Source: Planctomycetota bacterium (lineage in GTDB: Bacteria > Planctomycetota > B15-G4 > JADJEK01). From it: a stretch of 64,000 bases of DNA. Below are positions 35,638-47,543 of the stretch, one piece after another. The number at the start of each line of letters is the position of its first letter. Positions within the stretch are counted from its first letter, which is position 1. The position numbers were made by a program, and so were the translations under genes. The notes under the pieces were generated by a model, which was not told where the DNA came from, made no database searches, and saw nothing but the letters and a program-made list of their open reading frames with translations. The DNA lies in contig JBGAIQ010000020.1 of the NCBI GenBank assembly GCA_044225365.1, positions 1 through 64,000 on the forward strand, written 5' to 3'.

Positions 35638-36297
35638 ATGGCAGCTCCGAAATACATGCTTGGCCGCAAGCTCGGAATGACCCAGTCATTCGATCAGGAC
35701 GGCAATCAGGTGGTCGTCACGATCATCGAGGCGGGTCCGTGCGTCGTCTCCCAAGTGAAGACGCTCGAGTCCGATGGGTACGCGGCGCTCCAGCTCGCGT
35801 TCGAGCCGTGCCGCGAGAAGATCCTCACGAAGCCGCAGGTCGGGCACTTCAAGAAGGCCGGAGTTGCGGCTTCGCGTGTTCTCAAGGAAGTGCGTCTCCC
35901 CGAGGCTTCGGACCTCAAGGTCGGCGAGACCGTCAAGTGCGACGTGTTCGCAGTGGGTGAGTACGTCGACGTGATCGGCACCGTGAAGGGCCGCGGCTTC
36001 CAGGGCGTGCTCCGGGCGCACAACTTCAAGGGCAAGCGCGCGACGCACGGCAACATGAACCAGCGCGGTCCGGGTTCGATCGGTATGCACTCCCAGCCCG
36101 GTATGGTCCTGAAGGGCCACCGGATGGCGACGCACTGGGGCGATGAGCGTTCGACGGTGCGCAACCTGCGCGTCGTCGCGGTCGACGCCGAGAGCAACGA
36201 ATTGGTGATTCGCGGTCCGGTTCCCGGCAATCGCGGGAGCCTGGTGATGATCCGCAAGGCGAGCGCGAATCGTCGCGAACGCGTGAAGAAGAGCTGA
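35638..36297 (+). CDS. rplC: 50S ribosomal protein L3
   Basis: GRKLGMTQ, KGRGFQG, GPVPG. Confidence 0.97.
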   Translation: MAAPKYMLGRKLGMTQSFDQDGNQVVVTIIEAGPCVVSQVKTLESDGYAALQLAFEPCREKILTKPQVGHFKKAGVAASRVLKEVRLPEASDLKVGETVKCDVFAVGEYVDVIGTVKGRGFQGVLRAHNFKGKRATHGNMNQRGPGSIGMHSQPGMVLKGHRMATHWGDERSTVRNLRVVAVDAESNELVIRGPVPGNRGSLVMIRKASANRRERVKKS

Positions 36298-36355
36298 CGC
36301 GGCTCGACGCGGCATCGAAACGGACAGAGCGAATCGACGCAATCGATAAAGGTGA

Positions 36356-37000
36356 ATGACGATGGTGGATGTGAGTTGCTGGAATGGAGGATCGGGCAGC
36401 GTGGCCACGGTCGCGGTCGACGCGACGGGCTTCGGTGAAGCGGTCCGCAAGCGTCTCATGCGCCAGGCGTTCCTCCATTACGCCGCGGCGCATCGCGCCG
36501 GTACGCACTCGACCTTGACGCGCGCGGAAGTCAACTTCCGCACCGCGAAGCCGTGGCGTCAGAAGGGAACGGGTCGCGCTCGCAGTGGTGACTTCTCGTC
36601 CCCCGTGTGGCGCAAGGGCGGTATCGCGCTCGGTCCGAAGCCGCGCTCCTACAACACGGGGCTCAACCGCAAGGCCCGCAAGGAGGCGCTGAAGTCGGCG
36701 CTGCTCGCGCGAATCCATGCCGGCGAGTTGAAGCTCATCGACGGCTTTGCGCCGGCAAAGCCCAGCACGAAGACCGCCGTCGCCGCGCTCACGGCTCTCG
36801 GCTGCGGGCCCCAGAACGGTCGCACCCTCGTCGTCGTCGGTTCGATGGTCGAGAACGTCTTGAAGTCGTTCCGCAACATCAAGCGAGTGAACGTCGAGAC
36901 GGCCGCGAACCTCAACGCAGAACACATCCTGATGCACGATCGCGTCGTCTTCGACAAGGGCGCGCTCACCTCCATTCTCGGACGACTCGGCCATGCGTGA
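36356..37000 (+). CDS. rplD: 50S ribosomal protein L4
   Basis: KPWRQKGTGRAR, GPKPR. Confidence 0.97.
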   Translation: MTMVDVSCWNGGSGSVATVAVDATGFGEAVRKRLMRQAFLHYAAAHRAGTHSTLTRAEVNFRTAKPWRQKGTGRARSGDFSSPVWRKGGIALGPKPRSYNTGLNRKARKEALKSALLARIHAGELKLIDGFAPAKPSTKTAVAALTALGCGPQNGRTLVVVGSMVENVLKSFRNIKRVNVETAANLNAEHILMHDRVVFDKGALTSILGRLGHA

Positions 37001-37274
37001 TCCGCACGACATCATCAAGCGACCCCAGCTGACGGAGAAGGGCTCGGTCCTCTCCGACAAGGTGAATCAGTACGCCTTCGAAGTCGCGCTCGATGCCAAC
37101 AAGATCGAGATCAAGAACGCGGTCGAGAAGCTCTTCAAGGTGAAGGTCGTCGCGGTCAACACCGTCGTCCGCAAGGGCAAGGTGAAGGGCCTCGGCAATC
37201 GGACCTTCCAGCGTCCGAGCGTGAAGCGTGCGTTGGTCAAGCTGGCCGAAGGTCAGAACATCGAGTTCGTCTGA
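36993..37274 (+). CDS. rplW: 50S ribosomal protein L23
   Basis: P-x-LTEK, ANKIEIK-x-AVEKLF, VNT. Confidence 0.97.
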   Translation: MRDPHDIIKRPQLTEKGSVLSDKVNQYAFEVALDANKIEIKNAVEKLFKVKVVAVNTVVRKGKVKGLGNRTFQRPSVKRALVKLAEGQNIEFV

Positions 37275-37312
37275 GAGCCTGAGAACAGGCAGATCGATCG
37301 CGGAGCCGCAGT

Positions 37313-38140
37313 ATGGGCCTCAAACAATTCAATCCGACCTCGCCCGGACGTCGCCAGATGTCCGTGATCGACTTCTCGGATCTCACGAAGAAGGCGCCGG
37401 AGAAGGCGCTGCTCGAGCGAATCGCCCGCAACGGCGGTCGCAACAACCACGGGCACACGACTTCGCGCTTCCGGGGCGGCGGACATCGCAAGCTCTACCG
37501 CGTGATCGATTTCAAGCGCACGATGGATGGGATCCCGGCCAAAGTCGTCGCGATCGAATACGATCCGAATCGCTCGTGCCGTCTCGCCCTCCTGCACTAC
37601 GCCAACGGTCACAAGGCTTACATCCTCGCGCCGCTCGACCTCAAGATCGGCCGCGTTTTGATGTCCGGTCCCACGGCGGAGCCGGAGAGCGGGAATTGCC
37701 TCGCTCTCGAGAACATCCCGATCGGTCTTCCGGTCCACAACGTCGAGCTGCAGCCCGGTCGCGGCGGTCAGCTTGGGCGCAGCGCCGGCGCGGTCGTCCA
37801 GTACGCGGGACGCGAAGGCGACTACGCGCTTCTCGTGATGCCGAGCGGTGAACTCCGCAAGGTTCATGTGAAGTGCCGCGCGACGATCGGCCAGCTCGGC
37901 AATCTCGATCATCAGAACATCTCGATCGGCAAGGCCGGTCGTACGCGTTGGATGGGTCGTCGCTCCCATAACCGCGGTACCGCACAGAATCCGATCGCCC
38001 ATCCAATGGGTGGTGGTGAAGGTCGTACCGGCGGTGGTCGTCATCCGTGCTCGCCGACCGGCGTGCTCGCGAAGGGCGGCAAGACCCGCAGCAAGAAGCG
38101 CCCGTCGACGCGCTTCATCATTCGTCGTCGCAAGAAGTGA
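37313..38140 (+). CDS. rplB: 50S ribosomal protein L2
   Basis: [15 protein letters not shown]. Confidence 0.99.
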   Translation: MGLKQFNPTSPGRRQMSVIDFSDLTKKAPEKALLERIARNGGRNNHGHTTSRFRGGGHRKLYRVIDFKRTMDGIPAKVVAIEYDPNRSCRLALLHYANGHKAYILAPLDLKIGRVLMSGPTAEPESGNCLALENIPIGLPVHNVELQPGRGGQLGRSAGAVVQYAGREGDYALLVMPSGELRKVHVKCRATIGQLGNLDHQNISIGKAGRTRWMGRRSHNRGTAQNPIAHPMGGGEGRTGGGRHPCSPTGVLAKGGKTRSKKRPSTRFIIRRRKK

Positions 38141-38162
38141 TCACTGAACCGGAAGTGAGCTC

Positions 38163-38489
38163 ATGGGCCGAAGCCTGAAGAAGGGTCCGTTCGTGGACCC
38201 GAACATCTTGAAGCGAGTCGAGACGGCGCAGCGGACGAACAACCGCGAGCCGATCAAGACTTGGGCGCGTGCAAGCACGATCATCCCGGAGTTCGTGGGC
38301 CTCAACTTCATGGTCCACAACGGCAAGAACTTCGTGAAGGTCTACTGCACGGAAGACATGGTCGGTCACAAGCTCGGCGAGTTCGCGCTGACGCGGACCT
38401 TCCGCGGTCACACGAACAAGAAGGAAGCCGCGAAGGCCCTCGGAGCCGCTCCGGGTGCAGCGCCGGCTGCGAAGCCGGGTGGCAAGTGA
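38163..38489 (+). CDS. rpsS: 30S ribosomal protein S19
   Basis: [19 protein letters not shown]. Confidence 0.99.
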   Translation: MGRSLKKGPFVDPNILKRVETAQRTNNREPIKTWARASTIIPEFVGLNFMVHNGKNFVKVYCTEDMVGHKLGEFALTRTFRGHTNKKEAAKALGAAPGAAPAAKPGGK

Positions 38490-38526
38490 GCAACCTGAGT
38501 CCGAGCGATAGTCGCGAGAGAGCAGC

Positions 38527-38940
38527 ATGAGTCAGTACCGCGCCTCCCACAACGACGCCCGCATCACCGCCCGCAAGGCCCGGCTCGCCGCCGACCTGGT
38601 GCGTGGCATGCCGGTGAACCATGCGTTGTCGACCCTGCAATTCTCGGTGCAGCGTTCCTGTCGCCTGCTCGAGAAGGTCATCAAGTCGGCCGTCGCGAAT
38701 GCCAACAACGCGCCGGACGCGGACCGCATCGACGTCAACAAGTTGATCATCACCGAATGCCGCGTCGACGAGGGTCCCCTCCTCGGCGGTGGCGCGCGGT
38801 ACCGCACGGCTGGCAAGGGTCGCGTGCGTCCCGTCAAGAAGCGAACCGCACACATCCACGTCGGTCTCGACGTCCGCGGCGAACCGGTTCTCCCGGTCCG
38901 TTCGGGGAAGTCGGACGCGACTCCGTCGAAGCAGGCCTGA
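38527..38940 (+). CDS. rplV: 50S ribosomal protein L22
   Basis: KARLAADLVRG, SAVANA, VDEGP, KRTAHI. Confidence 0.96.
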   Translation: MSQYRASHNDARITARKARLAADLVRGMPVNHALSTLQFSVQRSCRLLEKVIKSAVANANNAPDADRIDVNKLIITECRVDEGPLLGGGARYRTAGKGRVRPVKKRTAHIHVGLDVRGEPVLPVRSGKSDATPSKQA

Positions 38941-38955
38941 AGGTAAGGCGAACGA

Positions 38956-39645
38956 ATGGGCCAGAAAGTCAATCCCCTCGGTTATCGCATCGGCATCACG
39001 GAGCCGTGGCGTTCGCGCTGGTACGCGACGCGCAAGGACTTCAAGCGCCTGCTGCTCGAGGATCAGAAGATCCGCAAGTACATCAAGAAGGAGTTCTACT
39101 CCGCCGCGATCCCGCGCATCGACATCGAGCGCACTCGCGAGGCCGTCACGGTGATCGTGTACACCGGTCGTCCCGGCGTCCTCATCGGTCGCAAGGGCGC
39201 GAAGGTCGACCAACTGCGGACGGACATCGAGAAGATCTGCGGCACGAAGGTCGACATCCGGACGAAGGAAGTCGACAAGCCGGAGCTCTCCGCGCAGCTC
39301 GTCGCCGAGTCGGTGTGCGAGCAGCTCGAGAAGCGCGCGTCCTTCCGCCGCGCGCTCAAGAAGTCGGCGCAGCTCACGATGCAGCAGGGCGCGCTCGGCA
39401 TCAAGATCACGGTGGGTGGTCGACTCGGTGGCGCCGAAATGGCTCGCCGCGAGAAGATCGTCTTCGGCTCGGTTCCGCTCTCGACGTTGCGCGCCGACAT
39501 CGATTTCGGATACGCGATCGCGCGCACGACCTACGGCGTCATCGGCTGCAAGACGTGGGTCTACCGCGGCATGTTGCCGGTCAAGGAAAAGAAGCGTCAG
39601 GGCGTCAAGACCCCTGTGGAGGTCACCCATGGCAATGATGCCTAA
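38956..39645 (+). CDS. rpsC: 30S ribosomal protein S3
   Basis: MGQKVNP, GRLGGAEMAR, PLSTLRADID. Confidence 0.99.
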   Translation: MGQKVNPLGYRIGITEPWRSRWYATRKDFKRLLLEDQKIRKYIKKEFYSAAIPRIDIERTREAVTVIVYTGRPGVLIGRKGAKVDQLRTDIEKICGTKVDIRTKEVDKPELSAQLVAESVCEQLEKRASFRRALKKSAQLTMQQGALGIKITVGGRLGGAEMARREKIVFGSVPLSTLRADIDFGYAIARTTYGVIGCKTWVYRGMLPVKEKKRQGVKTPVEVTHGNDA

Positions 39646-40042
39646 ACGTGTCCTGCACCGCAAACAGCAGCGAGGCCGCATCCGCGGCGTCGCGCAGCGC
39701 GGGAACACGGTCGAATTCGGTGAGGTCGGACTGCAGGCGCTCGATCCGTGCTGGCTCTCGGCGCGGCAGATCGAGGCGGGTCGCGTGGCGCTCTCGCGCG
39801 CGGTGCCCGGCGGGAAGATCTACATCCGAGTCTTCCCTCACAAACCGATCACCTCGATTCCGCTCGAAACCCGCATGGGTAAGGGCAAGGGTGAACCGGA
39901 GTACTACGCGGCGGTCGTGAAGCCCGGAACCGTGATCTTCGAAGTCGGCGGCGTTCCCGAAGCCGACGCTCAGGTTGCGCTCCTGCGTGCCGTTCACAAG
40001 CTGCCGATTCGTTGTCGCATGGTCAAACGGAGGCACCGCTGA
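39629..40042 (+). CDS. rplP: 50S ribosomal protein L16
   Basis: QIEAGR, RMGKGKG; overlaps the rpsC 3' end. Confidence 0.97.
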   Translation: MAMMPKRVLHRKQQRGRIRGVAQRGNTVEFGEVGLQALDPCWLSARQIEAGRVALSRAVPGGKIYIRVFPHKPITSIPLETRMGKGKGEPEYYAAVVKPGTVIFEVGGVPEADAQVALLRAVHKLPIRCRMVKRRHR

Positions 40043-40254
40043 TGGCTGCCGACCCGCGTATCAAGGAACTTCGCCAGAAGGACGGCAAGGAGCTCGAGCT
40101 CGACCTCAAGGCGCTGCAAGAAGAACTCTTCAAGCTGCGCTTCCAGTCGACGACCGAGAAGCTCGCGAATCCTTCGCGTATTGGGCAGATCCGTAGGCAG
40201 ATCGCCCGCATCCTCACGCTCCAGCGCGGTCGGCAGACCGCGGCCAAGCAGTGA
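40042..40254 (+). CDS. rpmC: 50S ribosomal protein L29
   Basis: [14 protein letters not shown]. Confidence 0.96.
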   Translation: MAADPRIKELRQKDGKELELDLKALQEELFKLRFQSTTEKLANPSRIGQIRRQIARILTLQRGRQTAAKQ

Positions 40255-40265
40255 ACGGACGAAAC

Positions 40266-40592
40266 ATGAGCGACAAAACAGAAACGGGCCACGGCCGTCC
40301 CACCAAGCAGGGTGTGGTCACCTCGAACAAGATGACGAAGACCATCACGGTCCAAGTCGATCGCCTGGTGCGCCATCCTCTGTACGGCAAGTTCATCAAG
40401 CGTCGCACCAAGCTGCACGCTCACGACGAGAACCAGGAAGCGAAGATCGGCGACTTCGTCGAGGTCGAGTTCACCCGGCCGGTCTCGAAGCTGAAGCGCT
40501 GGCGCCTCGTTCGCATCATCCGGCGAGGGTCGGATACGACGGCCCCGGTGCCGGGCGACATCGCGGCCATCCAGGCTGAGGTGAAGGCATGA
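40266..40592 (+). CDS. rpsQ: 30S ribosomal protein S17
   Basis: [23 protein letters not shown]. Confidence 0.97.
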   Translation: MSDKTETGHGRPTKQGVVTSNKMTKTITVQVDRLVRHPLYGKFIKRRTKLHAHDENQEAKIGDFVEVEFTRPVSKLKRWRLVRIIRRGSDTTAPVPGDIAAIQAEVKA

Positions 40593-40957
40593 TCCAGCAA
40601 GAAACCATGCTCGACGTCGCCGACAACTCCGGCGCCAAGATCGTGAAGTGCTTCAAGGTGCTCGGCGGTACGAAGCGTCGCTACGCGAGCATCGGCGACA
40701 TCATCATCGGCTCGGTGCGCAAGGCGTTGCCAGCAGGTGAAGTGAAAGAACATCAGGTCGTGCGCGGCGTCATCGTCCGCACGCGTCAGGCGGTTCGCCG
40801 CGAGGATGGCAGCTACGTGCGGTTCGACCGCAACGCCTGCGTCCTGATCGACAAGGAAAACAATCCGATCGGCACGCGTATCTTCGGAGCCGTCTCGCGC
40901 GAACTGCGCGCGAAGAAGTTCACGAAGATCCTCTCGCTGGCCGCCGAGGTGGTGTGA
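40589..40957 (+). CDS. rplN: 50S ribosomal protein L14
   Basis: [16 protein letters not shown]. Confidence 0.99.
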   Translation: MIQQETMLDVADNSGAKIVKCFKVLGGTKRRYASIGDIIIGSVRKALPAGEVKEHQVVRGVIVRTRQAVRREDGSYVRFDRNACVLIDKENNPIGTRIFGAVSRELRAKKFTKILSLAAEVV

Positions 40958-40961
40958 AGAC

Positions 40962-41333
40962 ATGGCTCATGCGCACAAGAAGCTGAAGGCGATGCGCCGC
41001 GCCGAGTTCAAGCACTCGGTTCCGGTGATCCGTCGCGACGACAAGGTCCAGGTGATGAGCGGAGACGACTCCGGCAAGATCGGCAAGGTCCTCGCGGTCC
41101 TGCCGGCGCGTCAGCGCGTCGTCGTCGAAGGCACCAACGTGATCTTTCGCCACGTGAAGAAGTCGCCGAAGTACCCGCAGGGCGGCCGCATCGAGCGCGA
41201 AGCCCCGATCCACATCTCGAAGGTCCTGCTCTTCTGCGACAAGTGCAACAAGGGCGGCCGGGTTCGGATCGAACTCGACGGCGACAAGAAGTTCCGCGCC
41301 TGCCGCAAGTGTGGCACGCGCATCACGACGTGA
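40962..41333 (+). CDS. rplX: 50S ribosomal protein L24
   Basis: [19 protein letters not shown]; CxxC...CxxC tail. Confidence 0.96.
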   Translation: MAHAHKKLKAMRRAEFKHSVPVIRRDDKVQVMSGDDSGKIGKVLAVLPARQRVVVEGTNVIFRHVKKSPKYPQGGRIEREAPIHISKVLLFCDKCNKGGRVRIELDGDKKFRACRKCGTRITT

Positions 41334-41397
41334 CCTGAACCGCACCGGCGACCGACCCGAGACGAAACCACAACCCTTACCGTCGAACATCTCGATC

Positions 41398-42015
41398 ATG
41401 GCGAAGCCCGACAAGAAGAAACCGAGTGATCCCGGCACCCCGAGCGCCGCGGCCGTCGCCGAACCGGCGCCGACCCCGCGTCTGCTCGAGAAGTACAACG
41501 GCGAGATCCGTCCCGCGCTGCGGCAGCGCTTCGGTATCAAGAACGACATGGCAGCGCCGAGGCTGTCGAAGATCGTCCTCAACATGGGCGTCGGCAAGGC
41601 CCGCGAGAACAAGGCGTTGATCGAGACCGCCGCTGCGGATCTCGCGACGATCGCCGGTCAGAAGCCGAAGGTCACCCACGCGAAGACGTCGGTATCCGGT
41701 TTCCGTCTGCGCGAGGGCATGCCGATCGGCTGCGTCGTCACGTTGCGTGGCAAGCGCATGTACGAGTTCCTCGACCGCCTCGTTTCGGTGGCCATCCCCC
41801 GTATCAAGGACTTCCGCGGACTGTCGCGCAAGTCGTTCGACGGGCGTGGTAACTACTCGATGGGTCTCTCGGAGCAGGGTGTGTTCCCGGAGATCCGGGT
41901 CGACAACCTTCAGTTCGTGCAAGGTCTCGACGTGACGATCTGTACGACGGCGGACGACGACGCCAAAGCCGAGGCGCTCCTCGAGTCCTTCGGCATGCCG
42001 TTCCGAGCGCGCTGA
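41398..42015 (+). CDS. rplE: 50S ribosomal protein L5
   Basis: [26 protein letters not shown]. Confidence 0.98.
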   Translation: MAKPDKKKPSDPGTPSAAAVAEPAPTPRLLEKYNGEIRPALRQRFGIKNDMAAPRLSKIVLNMGVGKARENKALIETAAADLATIAGQKPKVTHAKTSVSGFRLREGMPIGCVVTLRGKRMYEFLDRLVSVAIPRIKDFRGLSRKSFDGRGNYSMGLSEQGVFPEIRVDNLQFVQGLDVTICTTADDDAKAEALLESFGMPFRAR

Positions 42016-42089
42016 GTGAAACCGGTTGACCTGACGAAGTTCGAGTCCGAACGAATCGCAAAGCAGAGAGAGCAGAGAGGACGTTAGCG

Positions 42090-42275
42090 GTGGGTAAGAC
42101 GAGCTGGATGTACAGGGTCACGCAGGTCCCGAAGTTCAAGGTTCGGGGTTATACCCGTTGCTCGCTCTGCGGTCGCGCGCGCGCCGTCTATCGCAAGTTC
42201 GGCCTGTGCCGACTCTGCTTCCGGATGCTCGCTCTCAAGGGCGAGATTCCGGGCGTCCGCAAGGCTTCGTGGTGA
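42090..42275 (+). CDS. rpsN: 30S ribosomal protein S14 (Zn-binding type)
   Basis: RCSLCGR...LCRLCFR...PGVRKASW. Confidence 0.97.
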   Translation: MGKTSWMYRVTQVPKFKVRGYTRCSLCGRARAVYRKFGLCRLCFRMLALKGEIPGVRKASW

Positions 42276-42318
42276 TGCGTAGGTCACAGCGAACAGGAAG
42301 AACGAGGAATACGCGCCC

Positions 42319-42717
42319 ATGACGATGACCGACCCTATCGCCGATCTGTTGACCCAAATCCGGAACGGTGTGAACGCCCGCAAGAAGTCGATCACGCTGC
42401 CCACCTCCAAGGTGAAGGCAGCGATCTGCGACGTCCTCAAGCGTGAGGGCTGGATCGAGGACTACTCGGTCGTCGCCGACGGCATCGCCGGTTCGCTCAA
42501 GGTCAAGCTCAAGTACGATCCCGACGGCGTGTCGGTGATTCGTGAGATCCAACGCTCCAGCAAGCCGGGTCGCCGGCAGTACTACGACGTCCGAACGATG
42601 CCACGAGTCTTCTCCGGGCACGGAATCGCGGTCATCTCGACGTCGAAGGGTGTGATCTCCGACCGTGAAGCGCGCAAAGAGCGCGTCGGCGGAGAGTGTC
42701 TGTGCACGGTGTTCTGA
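42319..42717 (+). CDS. rpsH: 30S ribosomal protein S8
   Basis: DPIADLLTQIRN, SKPGRR, ISTSKG. Confidence 0.98.
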   Translation: MTMTDPIADLLTQIRNGVNARKKSITLPTSKVKAAICDVLKREGWIEDYSVVADGIAGSLKVKLKYDPDGVSVIREIQRSSKPGRRQYYDVRTMPRVFSGHGIAVISTSKGVISDREARKERVGGECLCTVF

Positions 42718-42729
42718 GACGGTGCCAAC

Positions 42730-43269
42730 GTGTCTAGAATCGGCAAACAACCAGTCCTCGTTCCCACCGGCGTGAAGGCCTCCATGGCGGAGCGCACGCT
42801 CGTGGTCGAAAAAGGCAACCAGAAGCTCTCGCGCTGGATCGACCCCGCGATCGACGTGAAGATCGACGCCACGTCGATCGTCTTCGAGCGCAAGGGTGAC
42901 ACCAAGCGGGAGCGCGCGCTTCACGGAACCTATCGCGCCCTGGCCCATTCGATGGTGCACGGGCTCGTGAAGGGTTACGAGAAGCGACTGCAGATCATCG
43001 GCGTCGGCTTCGGCGCCAAGGTGCAGGGCAAGGTCGTCGAGCTGAACGTCGGTTTTGCGCTTCCGCGCAAGATCGCGATTCCAGCCGGAGTGACCGTCGA
43101 ATGCCCGAAGCCTGAAGAAGTCGTCGTGAAGGGCGCGGACAAGGAAGCGGTGGGACAGCTCGCCGCGACGTTGCGCCTGCAGCGGCCCCCCGAACCCTAC
43201 AAGGGCAAGGGTCTGCGCTACGTCGACGAAGTCGTCAAGCGCAAGCAGGGCAAGGCGGCGGGTACGTAA
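42730..43269 (+). CDS. rplF: 50S ribosomal protein L6
   Basis: SRIGKQP, PEPYKGKG. Confidence 0.98.
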   Translation: MSRIGKQPVLVPTGVKASMAERTLVVEKGNQKLSRWIDPAIDVKIDATSIVFERKGDTKRERALHGTYRALAHSMVHGLVKGYEKRLQIIGVGFGAKVQGKVVELNVGFALPRKIAIPAGVTVECPKPEEVVVKGADKEAVGQLAATLRLQRPPEPYKGKGLRYVDEVVKRKQGKAAGT

Positions 43270-43311
43270 TCTTCGCGGCAGGACGTCGCACAGCAAAGCA
43301 GCAGGACGGAT

Positions 43312-43683
43312 ATGGCGAACCATCAGAAAGTCATGCAAGGCAAGCGCGAGCGCAAGACGCTCGCGGTGCGATCGCGGGTGCGCGGGACGGCGGGCAAGCC
43401 GCGTCTCGCGGTCTTCCGCTCGAGCAAGTTCATCTACGCGCAGGCGATCGACGACGATCGCGGCGCGACCCTGGCGGCGGCTTCCGAGATCGAGAAGGAT
43501 CTGCGGGACGTCTGTGCGCAGGGAACCAAGCTCGATGCGGCGAAGATCGTCGGCAAGAAGATCGCAGAGCGCCTGTCCGCGCACGGCGTGACGCGAGTGG
43601 TGTTCGATCGCCGTTGGTATCGTTACCACGGCCGAGTGAAGGCGTTGGCCGATGCGGCGCGCGAAGGTGGCTTGAAGTTCTGA
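43312..43683 (+). CDS. rplR: 50S ribosomal protein L18
   Basis: [11 protein letters not shown][14 protein letters not shown]. Confidence 0.98.
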   Translation: MANHQKVMQGKRERKTLAVRSRVRGTAGKPRLAVFRSSKFIYAQAIDDDRGATLAAASEIEKDLRDVCAQGTKLDAAKIVGKKIAERLSAHGVTRVVFDRRWYRYHGRVKALADAAREGGLKF

Positions 43684-43757
43684 GCTCGGACGCGGGGGCC
43701 GCATGATGCGGCGCGACCCGCGGCAAAGGCTCGCTCTCGATAGACCGGTTGGAATCC

Positions 43758-44261
43758 ATGACGAACAATGAAGCGCAGCAATCCGGCCAGAACGTCCAGT
43801 ACTTCGAGGAGACGGTCGTCAAGGTCAATCGCTCCGCCAAGGTCGTGAAGGGCGGACGCCGCTTCTCGTTCTCGGCACTCGTGGTGATCGGGAACAAGAA
43901 CGGACGGGTCGGCATCGGCTTCGGCAAGGCGAAGGAAGTGCCTTCGGCCGTGACGAAGGCGGTGAAGCATGCGCGCAAGGACCTGCGCCGCATCCACCTC
44001 GTCGGCACCACGATCCCGCACACGGTCGAGGGCCGCTTCGGCGCCTCCCGCGTGCGACTCATCCCGGCCGCACCCGGCACCGGCCTCATCGCCGGAGCTT
44101 CGGCCCGCGCCGTGCTCGAATTCGCGGGTGTCACGGACATCCTGACCAAGGCCACGGGCTCGACGAACCCGATCAATCTGGTTCGCGCCACGATGGATGG
44201 ACTCATGAAGCTGCGCTCGCGCGAAGAAACCGAGCGGATGCGCGGAGTGTCGATCGCATGA
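43758..44261 (+). CDS. rpsE: 30S ribosomal protein S5
   Basis: [26 protein letters not shown]. Confidence 0.98.
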   Translation: MTNNEAQQSGQNVQYFEETVVKVNRSAKVVKGGRRFSFSALVVIGNKNGRVGIGFGKAKEVPSAVTKAVKHARKDLRRIHLVGTTIPHTVEGRFGASRVRLIPAAPGTGLIAGASARAVLEFAGVTDILTKATGSTNPINLVRATMDGLMKLRSREETERMRGVSIA

Positions 44262-44707
44262 ACCTGAACGATGTGATGAATGCGGGTCCGAAGCATACGA
44301 AGCTGCGACGAGTGGGTCGCGGCCTCGGCTCGGGCATGGGCAAGACGTCGACCCGCGGCCAGAAGGGCCACGGCGCGCGCGAGAGTTTCGGCGGCAAGCT
44401 TGGCTTCGAAGGTGGCCAGATGCCGCTGTTCCGCCGCTTGCCGAAGCGCGGGTTCACCAATGGTCGTTATCGCGTCGACTACGCGGTCGTCAATCTCGCC
44501 GTGCTCGACAAGCACTTTGGCGCGGGCGACGAAGTGACGCTCGAAGTCCTCCGTGCGAAGGGACTCATCACCGGTAGCCGCGACCTCCTCAAGGTCTTGG
44601 GTTCCGGCGAGGTCACGAAGGCGATCCACGTGAAGGCCGACGCGTTCTCGGAGGCCGCCGCGAAGAAGATCGAGACCGCAGGCGGCAAGGCGGAGAGGAT
44701 CGCGTGA
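44258..44707 (+). CDS. rplO: 50S ribosomal protein L15
   Basis: [17 protein letters not shown]-x-RRLPKRGF. Confidence 0.98.
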   Translation: MNLNDVMNAGPKHTKLRRVGRGLGSGMGKTSTRGQKGHGARESFGGKLGFEGGQMPLFRRLPKRGFTNGRYRVDYAVVNLAVLDKHFGAGDEVTLEVLRAKGLITGSRDLLKVLGSGEVTKAIHVKADAFSEAAAKKIETAGGKAERIA

Positions 44708-46047
44708 TCCAGAACTTCCTGAACGTCTTCCGGATCCCGGAACTCCGACAGAAGGTGTGGGTGACAGTCCTGTTGCTCATCGCCTATCGCGTCGGCTTCC
44801 ATATTCCGTTTCCGGGTATCGACGTCACGAAGATCCAGGACGCGACGCGGCAGCAGAGCTTCATCTTCGGCATCATGAATTCGCTCTCCGGCGGCGCGAT
44901 CGGCAAGACCGTGCTGTTCGCCCTCGGAGTGATGCCGTACATCTCGGCGTCGATCGTCTTCTCGCTCCTCATCAAGATGATCCCGGCTCTCGAAGCCCTC
45001 CAGAAGGAAGGCCTTGCGGGGCAGCGCAAGATCAATCAGTACACCCGCTGGGCTGCGGTCCCGGTGTGCATCGTTCAGTCGCTGTTCATTCTCCACGGCA
45101 TGATCCTGCCAGCGGCGCGACGCGACGGACTGATCGCGAGCTCGATCCTCGACTCCAGCACGTCGCTCTTCTTCTACGAGATCATGATGATCATCGGCTT
45201 CACGGCCGGAACGCTCCTCATCATGTGGATCGGTGAGAAGATCAGCGAGCACGGCATCGGCAACGGCATCTCGCTCATCATCATGGGCGGCATCGTCGCT
45301 GACTTGCCCGCGACCTTCCAGAACCTGACGAGCGCGCTCGAGGCGGAGACCCGCTACCAGACGTTGCTCACCTTCGTCGCGCTCTACTTCGCGATCGTGC
45401 TCGGAATCGTGTACGTCACGAAGGGTCAGCGCCGAATTCCCATCACGCATCAGAAACACGTCAGCGGACGGCGCGTCATGGGGCAGCAGCGATCCTATCT
45501 GCCGTTGAAGGTCAATCACGCCAACGTGATGCCGATCATCTTCGCGCAGGCGTTGTGGATCCTCCCGGTCGCGATGGCGAAGATCCCCGGCCTCGGCTTC
45601 CTCGAGAAGTCGTTCGAGTGGGGCAGCTTCTGGTGGGTCGTGCTCTACTGCGGGATGATCTACTTCTTCTCGTACTTCTGGACCGCCCTGATGTTCCAGC
45701 CGAACGAGATCGCGAACAACCTGAAAGAGCATGGCGCATTCGTTCCGGGTCTGCGCCCGGGCAAGCGCACGGCGGATGAGCTGGAGCGCATCATGACGCG
45801 CATCACGCTCGTCGGCGCGACGTTCCTCTGCATGATGTCGCTGGTGCCGGCCGTGGTGTCCTCGAAGTTCTCGAACATCTCGCCGACGCTCGCGCACTTC
45901 CTCGGCGGAACGACCATCCTGATCGTCGTCGGTGTCGCTCTCGACCTCGTCGACAAGGTCAACGCGCACATGTTGATGCGCAACTACGAAGGCTTGATGG
46001 GCGGAGGCAGCGGATCCTCGAACTGGACCCGCGGTCGCCGCAAATGA
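44704..46047 (+). CDS. secY: Preprotein translocase SecY
   Basis: [39 protein letters not shown]. Confidence 0.98.
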   Translation: MIQNFLNVFRIPELRQKVWVTVLLLIAYRVGFHIPFPGIDVTKIQDATRQQSFIFGIMNSLSGGAIGKTVLFALGVMPYISASIVFSLLIKMIPALEALQKEGLAGQRKINQYTRWAAVPVCIVQSLFILHGMILPAARRDGLIASSILDSSTSLFFYEIMMIIGFTAGTLLIMWIGEKISEHGIGNGISLIIMGGIVADLPATFQNLTSALEAETRYQTLLTFVALYFAIVLGIVYVTKGQRRIPITHQKHVSGRRVMGQQRSYLPLKVNHANVMPIIFAQALWILPVAMAKIPGLGFLEKSFEWGSFWWVVLYCGMIYFFSYFWTALMFQPNEIANNLKEHGAFVPGLRPGKRTADELERIMTRITLVGATFLCMMSLVPAVVSSKFSNISPTLAHFLGGTTILIVVGVALDLVDKVNAHMLMRNYEGLMGGGSGSSNWTRGRRK

Positions 46048-46105
46048 ACGAACTGAATCGATCGACCGGAAAGGATCCTTACCTGAACAACGGAGCGGAG
46101 TGAAG

Positions 46106-46321
46106 TTGGCCAAAGAAGAGGCGATTCGTGTGACAGCTACCGTGAAGGAGGCGCTCCCCAACGCCGTCTTTCGCGTGGCGCTCGAGAACGGGCATATCGT
46201 GATTGCCCATGTTTCCGGCAAGATGCGCATGCACTTCATTCGCATCCTCCCCGGCGACAAGGTGACCGTCGAACTGTCGCAATACGATCTCACCAAAGGC
46301 CGAATCGTCTACCGCGAGTAG
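46106..46321 (+). CDS. infA: Translation initiation factor IF-1
   Basis: [23 protein letters not shown]; probable TTG start. Confidence 0.97.
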   Translation: MAKEEAIRVTATVKEALPNAVFRVALENGHIVIAHVSGKMRMHFIRILPGDKVTVELSQYDLTKGRIVYRE

Positions 46322-46389
46322 GCGCTTCAACGAGTTTCCGAAGTTTGAGTGTCTCGAGGATCGAGCCCAAGTCCGGTATCGGAGCAACC

Positions 46390-46506
46390 ATGAAGGTCCG
46401 TGCGTCGGTGCGAAGAATCTGTGAGAGCTGCAAGATCGTGCGCCGCAAAGGCGTGGTGCGCGTGATCTGCAGCGAGTCCCGTCACAAGCAGCGTCAGGGC
46501 AAGTGA
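46390..46506 (+). CDS. rpmJ: 50S ribosomal protein L36 (38 aa; not in the ORF track)
   Basis: Manual translation [38 protein letters not shown]; GGAG SD. Confidence 0.97.
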   Translation: MKVRASVRRICESCKIVRRKGVVRVICSESRHKQRQGK

Positions 46507-46545
46507 GCGGTAATCCAGTCCTGACCCAGAATCCGAGGAACGAAG

Positions 46546-46926
46546 ATGCCCCGTCTCGTCGGTATTGATATCCCAAACGATAAGCGCACCGTGATTGCGC
46601 TGACGTACATCTACGGGATCGGCCGCGTCACTGCGGAGCGCCTGTGCAAGGAGCTCCAGATCAACCCGAGCACGCGTGCGAAGGACCTCACCGAAGAGGA
46701 ACTCGCGCGTCTCGCCGCGTTCGTCGACAAGAACATCCCGGTCGAGGGCAACCTCCGCCGTCAGGTGTCGATGAACATCCAGCGCTTGCGCGACATCGGT
46801 TGCTATCGCGGCAGCCGGCATCGTCGCAGCCTGCCCGTGCGCGGACAGCGCACGCGGACCAATGCGCGTACGCGCAAGGGCCCGAAGAAGACGGTCGCCG
46901 GTAAGAAGGCCGTCAAGGCCAAGTGA
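46546..46926 (+). CDS. rpsM: 30S ribosomal protein S13
   Basis: [25 protein letters not shown]. Confidence 0.99.
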   Translation: MPRLVGIDIPNDKRTVIALTYIYGIGRVTAERLCKELQINPSTRAKDLTEEELARLAAFVDKNIPVEGNLRRQVSMNIQRLRDIGCYRGSRHRRSLPVRGQRTRTNARTRKGPKKTVAGKKAVKAK

Positions 46927-46974
46927 TGTTGAACTCGCGGCAGTCAAGAGCTGCCGCTTAGGAACCTATCGAAC

Positions 46975-47355
46975 ATGGTTGCTGGCAAGAAAAAGAAAGT
47001 GCGCAAGGTATCGCCGAAGGCGGTCGCGCACATCAAAGCGACGTTCAACAACACGATCGTGGCGATCACCGATCAGAACGGTGAGATCCTCACGTGGTCC
47101 TCGGCCGGCAATGTCGGCTACAAGGGATCGCGCAAGAGCACGCCGTTCGCCGCGCAGCGCGCCGCCGAGAAAGCGGGCGAGGCCGCGCATCGGATGGGTG
47201 TCCGTGAAGTCGAGGTCCGCGTGAACGGTCCGGGCGCTGGCCGCGAGTCTGCGATCCGAGCCCTTGGCTCGGTCGGACTCATGGTGCGAGCGATCGAAGA
47301 CCGCACGCCGCTTCCGCACAACGGATGTCGGCCGCGCAAGCGTCGCCGCGTGTGA
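46975..47355 (+). CDS. rpsK: 30S ribosomal protein S11
   Basis: [21 protein letters not shown]. Confidence 0.99.
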   Translation: MVAGKKKKVRKVSPKAVAHIKATFNNTIVAITDQNGEILTWSSAGNVGYKGSRKSTPFAAQRAAEKAGEAAHRMGVREVEVRVNGPGAGRESAIRALGSVGLMVRAIEDRTPLPHNGCRPRKRRRV

Positions 47356-47543
47356 TGAATCCTGCTTCCGCGCATCACGGCGATCGGCCGGTGGTGCGCC
47401 GGAAGCGCGTTCGATGCGACAGCGTCGAGCACGTAAGAGTTTGAGTTGCCGATCCCCTTCAAGCCGTGCGCCGGGGAAACACGAGCGCGAGTGATCAGGG
47501 TGACCTGATCGCGGCATTCCGCGGAGTAGTCGGAGACAAAGCG